Of a stretch of 64,000 nt of DNA, positions 21,498 through 33,555 are shown piece by piece. The stretch spans positions 2,304,001 through 2,368,000 of the forward strand of contig CH464491.1 of the NCBI GenBank assembly GCA_000002445.1, read 5' to 3'. Position 1 is the first letter of the stretch. Every line of letters begins with the position of its first letter. Made by a program: the position numbers and the translations under genes. The notes below the pieces were generated by a model, which was given only the letters and a program-made list of their open reading frames with translations, was not told the origin of the DNA and made no database searches. Source of the stretch: Trypanosoma brucei (Eukaryota).

Positions 21498-23228
21498 TTG
21501 AGTCTGACTATGTGTGGGGGAGAAGAGAATGGTGGATTGGATCAGGCACATGTGTCCTACAGTGGCAGTGCGAGTGAGCAAAACATTGCGGAAATGATTG
21601 TAGACCCATCAGCTTCCCGTCAGCCCACAGCATTCCAACTCACACTCGATTGCAATAAGGCAGGAATGGGAAATGTGGATAAGGAACGTGTGGAAGCTAT
21701 TATACGTGGTGCCGGGGAAGGCACACCTTTTTTATTAAATGAACAACGTTTGGTTGAGGGTCGAGAGAAGCAACTGCGGGAACTCAAACGGAAATCATCT
21801 CTCTTCACTCGGTTGTTGGGTGGTGAACGAAACGCTGCGCAGCGGACGCAATGGGAGGTGAAGGTTTCCAAAATAGAACAGGAGCTTGAGGCTACGCGTC
21901 GACTGGGAACTTATATCCATTTAGACATGGACATGTTTTATGCTGCTGTTGAAATCAAGAAGCATCCGGAGTACGCCACCATTCCGCTTGCCATAGGCAC
22001 CATGACGAGGCTACAAACAGCAAATTACATTGCGCGTGGACGTGGTATTCGTCAAGGTATGCCAGGTTTCCTTGCTCTAAAAATCTGCCCGAATTTGCTC
22101 ATTCTGCCTCCTGATGATGATTCTTACAATGAGGAATCCAATACTGTGCGCCGTATTGTTGCTGAATACGACCCTAATTACATAGTTGTTGGTTTGGATG
22201 AACTAGCCCTTGAGGTAAGTGCCTACATAGAGCGTTTTGAGGGAACCAAAACAGCCGAAGATGTGGCTTCTGAACTGCGTGTGCGTGTATTTGGTGAAAC
22301 AAAGTTGACAGCAAGTGCTGGTATTGGACCCACTGCAGCACTTGCCAAGATTGCCAGTAATATTAATAAGCCGAATGGACAACATGATCTTAATCTTCAT
22401 ACCCGAGAGGATGTGATGACATACGTCAGGGATTTGGGTCTACGTTCTGTGCCTGGTGTTGGGAAGGTTACGGAAGCTCTGTTGAAGGGACTGGGTATCA
22501 CCACTCTCTCAGATATTTACAATAGGCGTGTTGAACTTTGTTACATTTTGCACAATAATTTATTTCGCTTTTTGCTTGGAGCTTCCATTGGCATTATGCA
22601 ATGGCCCGATGCAGCAACGGCAGCCAATACCGAGAATTGTGAGGGGGCTACTGGAGAGCAACGGAAGGCAATCAGTAGCGAGCGATCCATCACTACTCCA
22701 CGAACCAAAGAAGGTATGCAGGAAATGGTTGATACCGTATTCAATGGTGCCTATGAAGAAATGCGGAAGAGTGAGATAATGTGTAGACGGATATCCCTCA
22801 CAATTAGATGGGCGTCTTATCGTTATCAACAATACACAAAAAGTTTGATACAACATTCAGATGACTCTGCAACCCTTCGCCGCGCAGTAGACGAGCTCAT
22901 GTTACCGCACGCTGCAAAGTATTCAGAGATGTGTTTGTTGGGGGTACGTCTCTCGGACCTTATCTCTGCAAAAGACTTTCATATGAAAAGAAAGGGTGGT
23001 AACCAACTGTCTATTTCACAATTTATTCGCCCCAAGAAGCCGGGTGAGGTAACAGCAACCACCGGTATAAAAAGGGAGAGGACTACTGAACCGAAACAGG
23101 TTGTGGAAATAATAATATCATCAGATGACGAGGATGAGAATGATAGTGTTGGCTTGGCATCTAGCTCCACTATACTCGTTTCAACTGACAAAGGTACTGT
23201 TGAGAGGGAAGTTACCATAATTGAGTGA
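21498..23228 (+). CDS. DNA polymerase kappa (Y-family), array copy 3
   Basis: 576 aa ORF with the same catalytic motifs. Its cassettes are 'TMTRLQTANYIARGRGIRQ' plus 'PPDDDSYNEE' plus 'ILHNNLFRF...SITTPRTKEGMQEM'. Confidence 0.85.
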   Translation: MSLTMCGGEENGGLDQAHVSYSGSASEQNIAEMIVDPSASRQPTAFQLTLDCNKAGMGNVDKERVEAIIRGAGEGTPFLLNEQRLVEGREKQLRELKRKSSLFTRLLGGERNAAQRTQWEVKVSKIEQELEATRRLGTYIHLDMDMFYAAVEIKKHPEYATIPLAIGTMTRLQTANYIARGRGIRQGMPGFLALKICPNLLILPPDDDSYNEESNTVRRIVAEYDPNYIVVGLDELALEVSAYIERFEGTKTAEDVASELRVRVFGETKLTASAGIGPTAALAKIASNINKPNGQHDLNLHTREDVMTYVRDLGLRSVPGVGKVTEALLKGLGITTLSDIYNRRVELCYILHNNLFRFLLGASIGIMQWPDAATAANTENCEGATGEQRKAISSERSITTPRTKEGMQEMVDTVFNGAYEEMRKSEIMCRRISLTIRWASYRYQQYTKSLIQHSDDSATLRRAVDELMLPHAAKYSEMCLLGVRLSDLISAKDFHMKRKGGNQLSISQFIRPKKPGEVTATTGIKRERTTEPKQVVEIIISSDDEDENDSVGLASSSTILVSTDKGTVEREVTIIE

Positions 23229-24018
23229 AATGAGGACATCAGTCAATAGAAATTCCCACATTGCCCAATGGTATTCATATACAAATCACCTATACACAAG
23301 TACCCATAAACAAAACACATTATACACATGTATTGTTATACACCTATCATATGTTTTCATTTTTTGAAGTTATACTTTATATGGTTTATTACTTACATTG
23401 TTTTTTTCTTAAGCATGCTTGTGCTCATGTACAACCAGTGGAGCAACTGGCTAATAACTCCTTCATCTTTGTGCGGACACCTTGGTGTATCCTATACTTT
23501 CTTTGAGGCCTTCTAATCCAGGTACTTTTTACACACTGTGACGCTAATAAGTGTAGTTCTTTCTTTTGATTAATGTCTACTGCGTGCAGTGATGCGAAAA
23601 AGTCTGTACTTTATTTGTATGTTTATCTTCGGGTTTGATTTGTTTGGTTGCTGATGACAGCGGAAGGCCTCTGCAATTATGAAAACTCATAAGGAGGTCC
23701 ACTATAATTATACTGTTGTTCCCAGATATACGGGTGTGCGCCTAAAGGGACACGTGACGTTCAAATTGGATATCCCTCCCATTGTTGACCGTATCTCACA
23801 TTATTGGATATGTTGTAATCACTGACGGCTTGCTGTGAACTGCCACAGCTGTACACATGCACACACATGTGATTCGGTTTTTCTTCTCCCAATATCCTTC
23901 CTTTCATATAATATAGGCAACCACACAATATTGGCACAACACCTGCTATCAAACTACCCTAACCCAAGTGTCTGTTTGTTTCTTTACGTCACTGGGAGGG
24001 TTTTAACAAGAACTAACA

Positions 24019-25746
24019 TTGAGTCTGACTATGTGTGGGGGAGAAGAGAATGGTGGATTGGATCAGGCACATGTGTCCTACAGTGGCAGTGCGAGTGAGC
24101 AAAACATTGCGGAAATGATTGTAGACCCATCAGGTTCCCGTCAGCCCACAGCATTCCAACTCACACTCGATTGCAATAAGGCAGGAATGGGAAATGTGGA
24201 TAAGGAACGTGTGGAAGCTATTATACGTAATGTATCTGAGGGTTCTTCCTTTTTGATGAATGAGCAGCGGAAGGCTGAGGGTCGAGAGAAGCAACTGCAA
24301 GAGCTCAAGCGGAAATCATCTCTCTTCACTCAGTTGTTGGGTGGTGAACGAAACGCTGCGCGGCGGAAACAGTGGGAGCTGAAGGTTTCCAAAATAGAAC
24401 AGGAGCTTGAGGCTACGCGTCGACTGGGAACTTATATCCATTTAGACATGGACATGTTTTATGCTGCTGTTGAAATCAAGAAGCATCCGGAGTACGCCAA
24501 CGTTCCGCTTGCAGTTGGGAGTGTGTCAATGTTGTCTACCGCAAATTATGTTGCACGTGAATGTGGTATTCGCTCCGGTATGCCAGGTTATATCGGATTG
24601 AAGGTCTGCCCGAATTTGCTCATTCTGCCTCCTGATTTCGATGCTTACAATGAAGAATCCAATACTGTGCGCCGTATTGTTGATGAATACGACCCTAATT
24701 TTACCTCTCTCGGTTTGGATGACTTGACCCTCGAGGTAAGTGCCTACATAGAGCGTTTTGAGGGAACCAAAACAGCCGAAGATGTGGCTTCTGAACTGCG
24801 TGTGCGTGTATTTGGTGAAACAAAGTTGACAGCAAGTGCTGGTATTGGACCCACTGCAGCACTTGCCAAGATTGCCAGTAATATTAATAAGCCGAATGGA
24901 CAACATGATCTTAATCTTCATACCCGAGGGGATGTGATGACATACGTCAGGGATTTGGGTCTACGTTCTGTGCCTGGTGTTGGGAAGGTTACGGAAGCTC
25001 TGTTGAAGGGACTGGGTATCACCACTCTCTCAGATATTTACAATAGGCGTGTTGAACTTTGTTACATTTTGCACAATAATTTATTTCGCTTTTTGCTTGG
25101 AGCTTCCATTGGCATTATGCAATGGCCCGATGCAGCAACGGCAGCCAATACCGAGAATTGTGAGGGGGCTACTGGAGGGCAACGGAAGGCAATCAGTAGC
25201 GAGCGATCTTTTTATGTGTTACATAGCAAAGAGCAGTTGCATGAAATGATTTACAGTATTTTTGAAGAGGCCTATGAAGAAATGCGACAGAATGAGATGT
25301 TGTGTCGTCAGATCTCCTTGCTTGTGCGTTGGTCGTCTTATCGTTATCAACAATACACAAAAAGTTTGATACAATATTCAGATGACTCTGCAACCCTTCG
25401 CCGCGCAGTGGATGGTTTACTGTTACCGCACGCTGCAAAGTATTCAGAGATGTGTTTGTTGGGGGTACGTTTTCTTGACCTTATCTCTGCAAAAGACTTT
25501 CATATGAAAAGAAAGGGTGGTAACCAACTGTCTATTTCACAATTTATTCGCCCCAAGAAGCCGGGTGAGGTAACAGCAACCACCGGTATAAAAAGGGAGA
25601 GGACTACTGAACCGAAACAGGTTGTGGAAATAATAATATCATCAGACGACGAGGATGAGAATGATAGTGTTGGCTTGGCATCTAGCTCCACTATACTCGT
25701 TTCAACTGACAAAGGTACTGTTGAGAGGGAAGTTACCATAATTTAG
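24019..25746 (+). CDS. DNA polymerase kappa (Y-family), array copy 4
   Basis: 575 aa ORF. Its cassettes are 'GSVSMLSTANYVARECGIRSGMPGYIGLKVCP' and 'SFYVLHSKEQLHEMIYSIFEEAYEEMRQNEMLCRQISLLVRW'. Confidence 0.85.
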   Translation: MSLTMCGGEENGGLDQAHVSYSGSASEQNIAEMIVDPSGSRQPTAFQLTLDCNKAGMGNVDKERVEAIIRNVSEGSSFLMNEQRKAEGREKQLQELKRKSSLFTQLLGGERNAARRKQWELKVSKIEQELEATRRLGTYIHLDMDMFYAAVEIKKHPEYANVPLAVGSVSMLSTANYVARECGIRSGMPGYIGLKVCPNLLILPPDFDAYNEESNTVRRIVDEYDPNFTSLGLDDLTLEVSAYIERFEGTKTAEDVASELRVRVFGETKLTASAGIGPTAALAKIASNINKPNGQHDLNLHTRGDVMTYVRDLGLRSVPGVGKVTEALLKGLGITTLSDIYNRRVELCYILHNNLFRFLLGASIGIMQWPDAATAANTENCEGATGGQRKAISSERSFYVLHSKEQLHEMIYSIFEEAYEEMRQNEMLCRQISLLVRWSSYRYQQYTKSLIQYSDDSATLRRAVDGLLLPHAAKYSEMCLLGVRFLDLISAKDFHMKRKGGNQLSISQFIRPKKPGEVTATTGIKRERTTEPKQVVEIIISSDDEDENDSVGLASSSTILVSTDKGTVEREVTII

Positions 25747-26539
25747 TGAAATGAGGACATCAGTCAATAGAAATTCCCACATTGCCCAATGGCATTCATA
25801 TACAAATCACCTATACACAAGTACCCATAAACAAAACACATTATACACATGTATTGTTATACAGCTATCATATGTTTTCATTTTTTGAAGTTATACTTTA
25901 TATGGTTTATTACTTACATTGTTTTTTTCTTAAGCATGCTTGTGCTCATGTACAACCAGTGGAGCAACTGGCTAATAACTCCTTCATCTTTGTGCGGACA
26001 CCTTGGTGTATCCTATACTTTCTTTGAGGCCTTCTAATCCAGGTACTTTTTACACACTGTGACGCTAATAAGTGTAGTTCTTTCTTTTGATTAATGTCTA
26101 CTGCGTGCGGTGATGCGAAAAAGTCTGTACTTTATTTGTATGTTTATCTTCGGGTTTGATTTGTTTGGTTGCTGATGACAGTGGAAGGTCTCTGCAATTA
26201 TGAAAACTCATAAGGAGGTCCACTATAATTATACTGTTGTTCCCAGATATACGGGTGTGCGCCTAAAGGGACAGGTGACGTTCAAATTGGATATCCCTCC
26301 CATTGTTGACCGTATCTCACATTATTGGATATGTTGTAATCACTGACGGCTTGCTGTGAACTGCCACAGCTGTACACATGCACACACATGTGATTCGGTT
26401 TTTCTTCTCCCAATATCCTTCCTTTCATATAATATAGGCAACCACACAATATTGGCACAACACCTGCTATCAAACTACCCTAACCCAAGTGTCTGTTTGT
26501 TTCTTTACGTCACTGGGAGGGTTTTAACAAGAACTAACA

Positions 26540-28267
26540 TTGAGTCTGACTATGTGTGGGGGAGAAGAGAATGGTGGATTGGATCAGGCACATGTGTCCT
26601 ACAGTGGCAGTGCGAGTGAGCAAAACATTGCGGAAATGATTGTAGGCCCATCAGGTTCCCGTCAGCCCACAGCATTCCAACTCACACTCGATTGCAATAA
26701 GGCAGGAATGGGAAATGTGGATAAGGAACGTGTGGAAGCTATTATACGTAATGTATCTGAGGGTTCTTCCTTTTTGATGAATGAGCAGCGGAAGGCTGAG
26801 GGTCGAGAGAAGCAACTGCAAGAACTCAAGCGGAAATCATCTCTCTTCACTCAGTTGTTGGGTGGTGAACGAAACGCTGCGCAGCGGAAACAGTGGGAGC
26901 TGAAGGTTTCCAAAATAGAACAGGAGCTTGAGGCTACGCGTCGACTGGGAACTTATATCCATTTAGACATGGACATGTTTTATGCTGCTGTTGAAATCAA
27001 GAAGCATCCGGAGTACGCCGCCATTCCACTTGCAGTTGGGAGTGTGTCAATGTTGTCTACCGCAAATTATGTTGCACGTGAATGTGGTATTCGCTCCGGT
27101 ATGCCAGGTTATATCGGATTGAAGGTCTGCCCGAATTTGCTCATTCTGCCTCCTGATTTCGATGCTTACAATGAGGAATCCAATACTGTGCGCCGTATTG
27201 TTGCTGAATACGACCCTAATTTTACCTCTCTCGGTTTGGATGAACTGACCCTTGAGGTAAGTGCCTACATAGAGCGCTTTGAGGGAACCAAAACAGCCGA
27301 AGATGTGGCTTCTGAACTGCGTGTGCGTGTATTTGGTGAAACAAAGTTGACAGCAAGTGCTGGTATTGGACCCACTGCAGCACTTGCCAAGATTGCCAGT
27401 AATATTAATAAGCCGAATGGACAACATGATCTTAATCTTCATACCCGAGAGGATGTGATGACATACGTCAGGGATTTGGGTCTACGTTCTGTGCCTGGTA
27501 TTGGGAAGGTTACGGAAGCTCTGTTGAAGGGACTGGGTATCACCACTCTCTCAGATATTTACAATAGGCGTGTTGAACTTTGTTATATTTTTACCGAAAA
27601 AACATATTGTTTTTTGCTTGGAGCTTCCATTGGCATTATGCAATGGCCCGATATGTGCAGCATACTTGGTGCCTCCATCGATGATGGGACAGGTGTGGGA
27701 AGGAAGTCAGTTGGGTGTGAACGTACATTCAAAACATTTCAAAACAAAGAAGAATTGCAGGAAATGGTTGATTTCTTAGTCGACTACTCATATGATGAAC
27801 TAAAGAAACATGAGCTGATGTGTAGACAGGTTTCGTTAAAAATTCGATGGAATTCCTACCGTCATCAACAATACACAAAGAATTTGACTCAATATTCAGA
27901 TGACTCTGCAACCCTTCGCCGCGCAGTAGACGAGCTCATGTTACCGCACGCTGCAAAGTATTCAGAGATGCGGCTGCTGGGGGTACGTTTTCTTGACCTT
28001 ATCTTTGCAAAAGACTTTCATATGAAAAAAAAGGGTGGTAACCAACTGTCTATTTCACAATTTATTCGCCCCAAGAAGCCGGGTGAGGTAACAGCAACCA
28101 CCGGTATAAAAAGGGAGAGGACTACTGAACCGAAACAGGTTGTGGAAATAATAATATCATCAGATGACGAGGATGAGAATGATAGTGTTGGCTTGGCATC
28201 TAGCTCCACTGTACTCGTTTCAACTGACAAAGGTACTGTTGAGAGGGAAGTTACCATAATTGAGTGA
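26540..28267 (+). CDS. DNA polymerase kappa (Y-family), array copy 5
   Basis: 575 aa ORF with a unique middle cassette 'PDMCSILGASIDDG...TFKTFQNKEELQEMVDFLVDYSYDELKKHE'. The intergenic region that follows is 103 bp shorter than in other units and has about 90 bp of substituted sequence. Confidence 0.85.
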   Translation: MSLTMCGGEENGGLDQAHVSYSGSASEQNIAEMIVGPSGSRQPTAFQLTLDCNKAGMGNVDKERVEAIIRNVSEGSSFLMNEQRKAEGREKQLQELKRKSSLFTQLLGGERNAAQRKQWELKVSKIEQELEATRRLGTYIHLDMDMFYAAVEIKKHPEYAAIPLAVGSVSMLSTANYVARECGIRSGMPGYIGLKVCPNLLILPPDFDAYNEESNTVRRIVAEYDPNFTSLGLDELTLEVSAYIERFEGTKTAEDVASELRVRVFGETKLTASAGIGPTAALAKIASNINKPNGQHDLNLHTREDVMTYVRDLGLRSVPGIGKVTEALLKGLGITTLSDIYNRRVELCYIFTEKTYCFLLGASIGIMQWPDMCSILGASIDDGTGVGRKSVGCERTFKTFQNKEELQEMVDFLVDYSYDELKKHELMCRQVSLKIRWNSYRHQQYTKNLTQYSDDSATLRRAVDELMLPHAAKYSEMRLLGVRFLDLIFAKDFHMKKKGGNQLSISQFIRPKKPGEVTATTGIKRERTTEPKQVVEIIISSDDEDENDSVGLASSSTVLVSTDKGTVEREVTIIE

Positions 28268-28957
28268 AATGAGGACATCAGTCAATAGAAATTCCCTTTA
28301 TTCTAGCGGCATATTTATAGATATTTATTTCGGTTTTCCCATTCGGCAGAGAGAAATACAACATGTATTAAGTATTGGGGAGCAACTGGCTAATAACTCC
28401 TTCATCTTTGTGCGGACACCTTGGTGTATCCTATACTTTCTTTGAGGCCTTCTAATCCAGGTACTTTTTACACACTGTGACGCTAATAAGTGTAGTTCTT
28501 TCTTTTGATTAATGTCTACTGCGTGCAGTGATGCGAAAAAGTGTGTACTTTATTTGTATGTTTATCTTCGGGTTTGATTTGTTTGGTTGCTGATGACAGC
28601 GGAAGGCCTCTGCAATTATGAAAACTCATAAGGAGGTCCACTATAATTATACTGTTGTTCCCAGATATACGGGTGTGCGCCTAAAGGGACAGGTGACGTT
28701 CAAATTGGATATCCCTCCCATTGTTGACCGTATCTCACATTATTGGATATGTTGTAATCACTGACGGCTTGCTGTGAACTGCCACAGCTGTACACATGCA
28801 CACACATGTGATTCGGTTTTTCTTCTCCCAATATCCTTCCTTTCATATAATATAGGCAACCACACAATATTGGCACAACACCTGCTATCAAACTACCCTA
28901 ACCCAAGTGTCTGTTTGTTTCTTTACGTCATTGGGAGGGTTTTAACAAGAACTAACA

Positions 28958-30685
28958 TTGAGTCTGACTATGTGTGGGGGAGAAGAGAATGGTGGATTGG
29001 ATCAGGCACATGTGTCCTACAGTGGCAGTGCGAGTGAGCAAAACATTGCGGAAATGATTGTAGACCCATCAGGTTCCCGTCAGCCCACAGCATTCCAACT
29101 CACACTCGATTGCAATAAGGCAGGAATGGGAAATGTGGATAAGGAACGTGTGGAAGCTATTATACGTAATGTATCTGAGGGTTCTTCCTTTTTGATGAAT
29201 GAGCAGCGGAAAGCTGAGGGTCGAGAGAAGCAACTGCAAGAGCTGAAGCGGAAATCATCTCTCTTCACTCGGTTGTTGGGTGGTGAACGAAACGCTGCGC
29301 AGCGGAAACAGTGGGAGCTGAAGGTTTCCAAAATAGAACAGGAGCTTGAGGCTACGCGTCGACTGGGAACTTATATCCATTTAGACATGGACATGTTTTA
29401 TGCTGCTGTTGAAATCAAGAAGCATCCGGAGTACGCCGCCATTCCGCTTGCCATAGGCACAATAACGAGGTTGATAACAACAAATTATGTTGCGCGTGGA
29501 CGTGGTATTCGTCAAGGTATGCCAGGTTTCCTTGCTCTAAAAATCTGCCCGAATTTGCTCATTCTGCCTCCTGATTTCGATGCTTACAACGAAGAATCCA
29601 ATACTGTGCGCCGTATTGTTGCTGAATACGACCCTAATTATATCAGCTTTGGTTTGGATGACTTTACTCTCGAAGTAAGTGCCTACATAGAGCGTTTTGA
29701 GGGAACCAAAACAGCCGAAGATGTGGCTTCTGAACTGCGTGTGCGTGTATTTGGTGAAACAAAGCTGACAGCAAGTGCTGGTATTGGACCCACTGCAGCA
29801 CTTGCCAAGATTGCCAGTAATATTAATAAGCCGAATGGACAACATGATCTTAATCTTCATACCCGAGAGGATGTGATGACATACGTCAGGGATTTGGGTC
29901 TACGTTCTGTGCCTGGTGTTGGGAAGGTTACGGAAGCTCTGTTGAAGGGACTGGGTATCACCACTCTCTCAGATATTTACAATAGGCGTGTTGAACTTTG
30001 TTACATTTTGCACAATAATTTATTTCGCTTTTTGCTTGGAGCTTCCATTGGCATTATGCAATGGCCCGATGCAGCAACGGCAGCCAATACCGAGAATTGT
30101 GAGGGGGCTACTGGAGAGCAACGGAAGGCAATCAGTAGCGAGCGATCCATCACTACTCCACGAACCAAAGAAGGTATGCAGGAAATGCTTGATACCGTAT
30201 TCAATGGTGCCTATGAAGAAATGCGGAAGAGTGAGATAATGTGTAGACGGATATCCCTCACAATTAGATGGGCCTCTTATCGTTATCAACAATACACAAA
30301 AAGTTTGATACAACATTCAGATGACTCTGCAACCCTTCGCCGCGCAGTGGATGGTTTACTGTTACCGCACGCTGCAAAGTATTCAGAGATGTGTTTGTTG
30401 GGGGTACGTCTCTCGGACCTTATCTCTGCAAAAGACTTTCATATGAAAAGAAAGGGTGGTAACCAACTGTCTATTTCACAATTTATTCGCCCCAAGAAGC
30501 CGGGTGAGGTAACAGCAACCACCGGTATAAAAAGGGAGAGGACTACTGAACCGAAACAGGTTGTGGAAATAATAATATCATCAGACGACGAGGATGAGAA
30601 TGATAGTGTTGGCTTGGCATCTAGCTCCACTATACTCGTTTCAACTGGCAAAGGTACTGTTGAGAGGGAAGTTACCATAATTTAG
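28958..30685 (+). CDS. DNA polymerase kappa (Y-family), array copy 6
   Basis: 575 aa ORF. Its cassette types match copy 1 (TITRLITTNYVARGRGIRQ, NYISFGLDDFTLEV). Confidence 0.85.
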   Translation: MSLTMCGGEENGGLDQAHVSYSGSASEQNIAEMIVDPSGSRQPTAFQLTLDCNKAGMGNVDKERVEAIIRNVSEGSSFLMNEQRKAEGREKQLQELKRKSSLFTRLLGGERNAAQRKQWELKVSKIEQELEATRRLGTYIHLDMDMFYAAVEIKKHPEYAAIPLAIGTITRLITTNYVARGRGIRQGMPGFLALKICPNLLILPPDFDAYNEESNTVRRIVAEYDPNYISFGLDDFTLEVSAYIERFEGTKTAEDVASELRVRVFGETKLTASAGIGPTAALAKIASNINKPNGQHDLNLHTREDVMTYVRDLGLRSVPGVGKVTEALLKGLGITTLSDIYNRRVELCYILHNNLFRFLLGASIGIMQWPDAATAANTENCEGATGEQRKAISSERSITTPRTKEGMQEMLDTVFNGAYEEMRKSEIMCRRISLTIRWASYRYQQYTKSLIQHSDDSATLRRAVDGLLLPHAAKYSEMCLLGVRLSDLISAKDFHMKRKGGNQLSISQFIRPKKPGEVTATTGIKRERTTEPKQVVEIIISSDDEDENDSVGLASSSTILVSTGKGTVEREVTII

Positions 30686-31478
30686 TGAAATGAGGGCATC
30701 AGTCAATAGAAATTCCCACATTGCCCAATGGCATTCATATACAAATCACCTATACACAAGTACCCATAAACAAAACACATTATACACATGTATTGTTATA
30801 CACCTATCATATGTTTTCATTTTTTGAAGTTATACTTTATATGGTTTATTACTTACATTGTTTTTTTCTTAAGCATGCTTGTGCTCATGTACAACCAGTG
30901 GAGCAACTGGCTAATAACTCCTTCATCTTTGTGCGGACACCTTGGTGTATCCTATACTTTCTTTGAGGCCTTCTAATCCAGGTACTTTTTACACACTGTG
31001 ACGCTAATAAGTGTAGTTCTTTCTTTTGATTAATGTCTACTGCGTGCAGTGATGCGAAAAAGTGTGTACTTTATTTGTATGTTTATCTTCGGGTTTGATT
31101 TGTTTGGTTGCTGATGACAGTGGAAGGTCTCTGCAATTATGAAAACTCATAAGGAGGTCCACTATAATTATACTGTTGTTCCCAGATATACGGGTGTGCG
31201 CCTAAAGGGACACGTGACGTTCAAATTGGATATCCCTCCCATTGTTGACCGTATCTCACATTATTGGATATGTTGTAATCACTGACGGCTTGCTGTGAAC
31301 TGCCACAGCTGTACACATGCACACACATGTGATTCGGTTTTTCTTCTCCTAATATCCTTCCTTTCATATAATATAGGCAACCACACAATATTGGCACAAC
31401 ACCTGCTATCAAACTACCCTAACCCAAGTGTCTGTTTGTTTCTTTACGTCACTGGGAGGGTTTTAACAAGAACTAACA

Positions 31479-32762
31479 TTGAGTCTGACTATGTGTGGGG
31501 GAGAAGAGAATGGTGGATTGGATCAGGCACATGTGTCCTACAGTGGCAGTGCGAGTGAGCAAAACATTGCGGAAATGATTGTAGACCCATCAGCTTCCCG
31601 TCAGCCCACAGCATTCCAACTCACACTCGATTGCAATAAGGCAGGAATGGGAAATGTGGATAAGGAACGTGTGGAAGCTATTATACGTAATGTATCTGAG
31701 GGTTCTTCCTTTTTGATGAATGAGCAGCGGAAAGCTGAGGGTCGAGAGAAGCAACTGCAAGAGCTGAAGCGGAAATCATCTCTCTTCACTCAGTTGTTGG
31801 ATGGTGAACGAAACGCTGCGCAGCGGAAACAGTGGGAGCTGAAGGTTTCCAAAATAGAACAGGAGCTTGAGGCTACGCGTCGACTGNGAACTTATATCCA
31901 TTTAGACATGGACATGTTTTATGCTGCTGTTGANATCAAGAAGCATCCGGAGTACGCCGCCATTCCGCTTGCCATAGNNNNNNNNNNNNNNNNNNNNNNN
32001 NNNNNNNNNNNNNNNNNNNNNNNNNNNNNNNNNNNNNNNNNNNNNNNNNNNNNNNNNNNNNNNNNNNNNNNNNNNNNCGAACTTTGTTATATCTTTACCG
32101 AAAAAACATATCGCTTTTTGCTTGGAGCTTCCATTGGCATTATGCAATGGCCCGATGCGTGTAATATACCGGGTGGCTCTGTCGATGATGGGACAGGTGT
32201 GGGAAGGAAGTCAGTTGGTAGTGAACGTACATTCAAAATATTGCAAAGCAAAGAGGAATTACAGGAAATTGTTGATTTTATTTTTAATTCTTCGTATGAT
32301 GAACTAAAGAAACATGAGCTGATGTGTAGACAGGTTTCGTTAAGAATAAGGTGGGCAACCTATCGATCCCGGCAGTATACTATGAATTTAGCCCAACATT
32401 CAGATGACTCTGCAACCCTTCGCCGCGCAGTGGATGGTTTACTGTTACCGCATGCTGCAAAGTACTCAGATATGTCGTTACTGGGGATGCGTCTGTTAGA
32501 CCTTATCTTTGCAAAAGACTTTCATATGAAAAAAAAGGGTGGTAACCAACTGTCTATTTCACAATTTATTCGCCCCAAGAAGCCGGGTGAGGTAACAGCA
32601 ACCACCGGTATAAAAAGGGAGAGGACTACTGAACCGAAACAGGTTGTGGAAATAATAATATCATCAGATGACGAGGATGAGAATGATAGTGTTGGCTTGG
32701 CATCTAGCTCCACTATACTCGTTTCAACTGGCAAAGGTACTGTGAGAGGGAAGTTACCATAA
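31479..32762 (+). CDS. DNA polymerase kappa (Y-family), array copy 7. Incomplete, interrupted by a 100-N gap and ambiguous bases, with a 1-nt deletion near the 3' end.
   Basis: The ORF is read through the N run at 31978-32077 (translated as X). About 420 bp of coding sequence is missing. The C-terminus reads 'GKGTVRGKLP*' instead of 'GKGTVEREVTII*' because of a missing t near 32742. Confidence 0.5.
   Translation: MSLTMCGGEENGGLDQAHVSYSGSASEQNIAEMIVDPSASRQPTAFQLTLDCNKAGMGNVDKERVEAIIRNVSEGSSFLMNEQRKAEGREKQLQELKRKSSLFTQLLDGERNAAQRKQWELKVSKIEQELEATRRLXTYIHLDMDMFYAAVXIKKHPEYAAIPLAIXXXXXXXXXXXXXXXXXXXXXXXXXXXXXXXXXXELCYIFTEKTYRFLLGASIGIMQWPDACNIPGGSVDDGTGVGRKSVGSERTFKILQSKEELQEIVDFIFNSSYDELKKHELMCRQVSLRIRWATYRSRQYTMNLAQHSDDSATLRRAVDGLLLPHAAKYSDMSLLGMRLLDLIFAKDFHMKKKGGNQLSISQFIRPKKPGEVTATTGIKRERTTEPKQVVEIIISSDDEDENDSVGLASSSTILVSTGKGTVRGKLP
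31978..32077. other. assembly gap (100 N) inside pol kappa copy 7. Single ambiguous bases also occur at 31887 and 31934.
   Basis: N run. Confidence 0.95.
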
Positions 32763-33555
32763 TTTAGTGAAGTGAGGACATCAGTCAATGGAAACGCTCA
32801 CATTGCCCAATGGCATTCATATACAAATCACCTATACACAAGTACCCATAAACAAAACACATTATACACATGTATTGTTATACAGCTATCATATGTTTTC
32901 ATTTTTTGAAGTTATACTTTATATGGTTTATTACTTACATTGTTTTTTCTTAAGCATGCTTGTGCTCATGTACAACCAGTGGAGCAACTGGCTAATAACT
33001 CCTTCATCTTTGTGCGGACACCTTGGTGTATCCTATACTTTCTTTGAGGCCTTCTAATCCAGGTACTTTTTACACACTGTGACGCTAATAAGTGTAGTTC
33101 TTTTGATTAATGTCTACTGCGTGCAGTGATGCGAAAAAGTGTGTACTTTATTTGTATGTTTATCTTCGGGTTTGATTTGTTTGGTTGCTGATGACAGTGG
33201 AAGGCCTCTGCAATTATGAAAACTCATAAGGAGGTCCACTACAATTATACTGTTGTTCCCAGATATACGGGTGTGCGCCTAAAGGGACACGTGACGTTCA
33301 AATTGGATATCCCTCCCATTGTTGACCGTATCTCACATTATTGGATATGTTGTAATCACTGACGGCTTGCTGTGAACTGCCACAGCTGTACACATGCACA
33401 CACATGTGATTCGGTTTTTCTTCTCCCAATATCCTTCCTTTCATATAATATAGGCAACCACACAATATTGGCACAACACCTGCTATCAAACTACCCTAAC
33501 CCAAGTGTCTGTTTGTTTCTTTACGTCACTGGGAGGGTTTTAACAAGAACTAACA

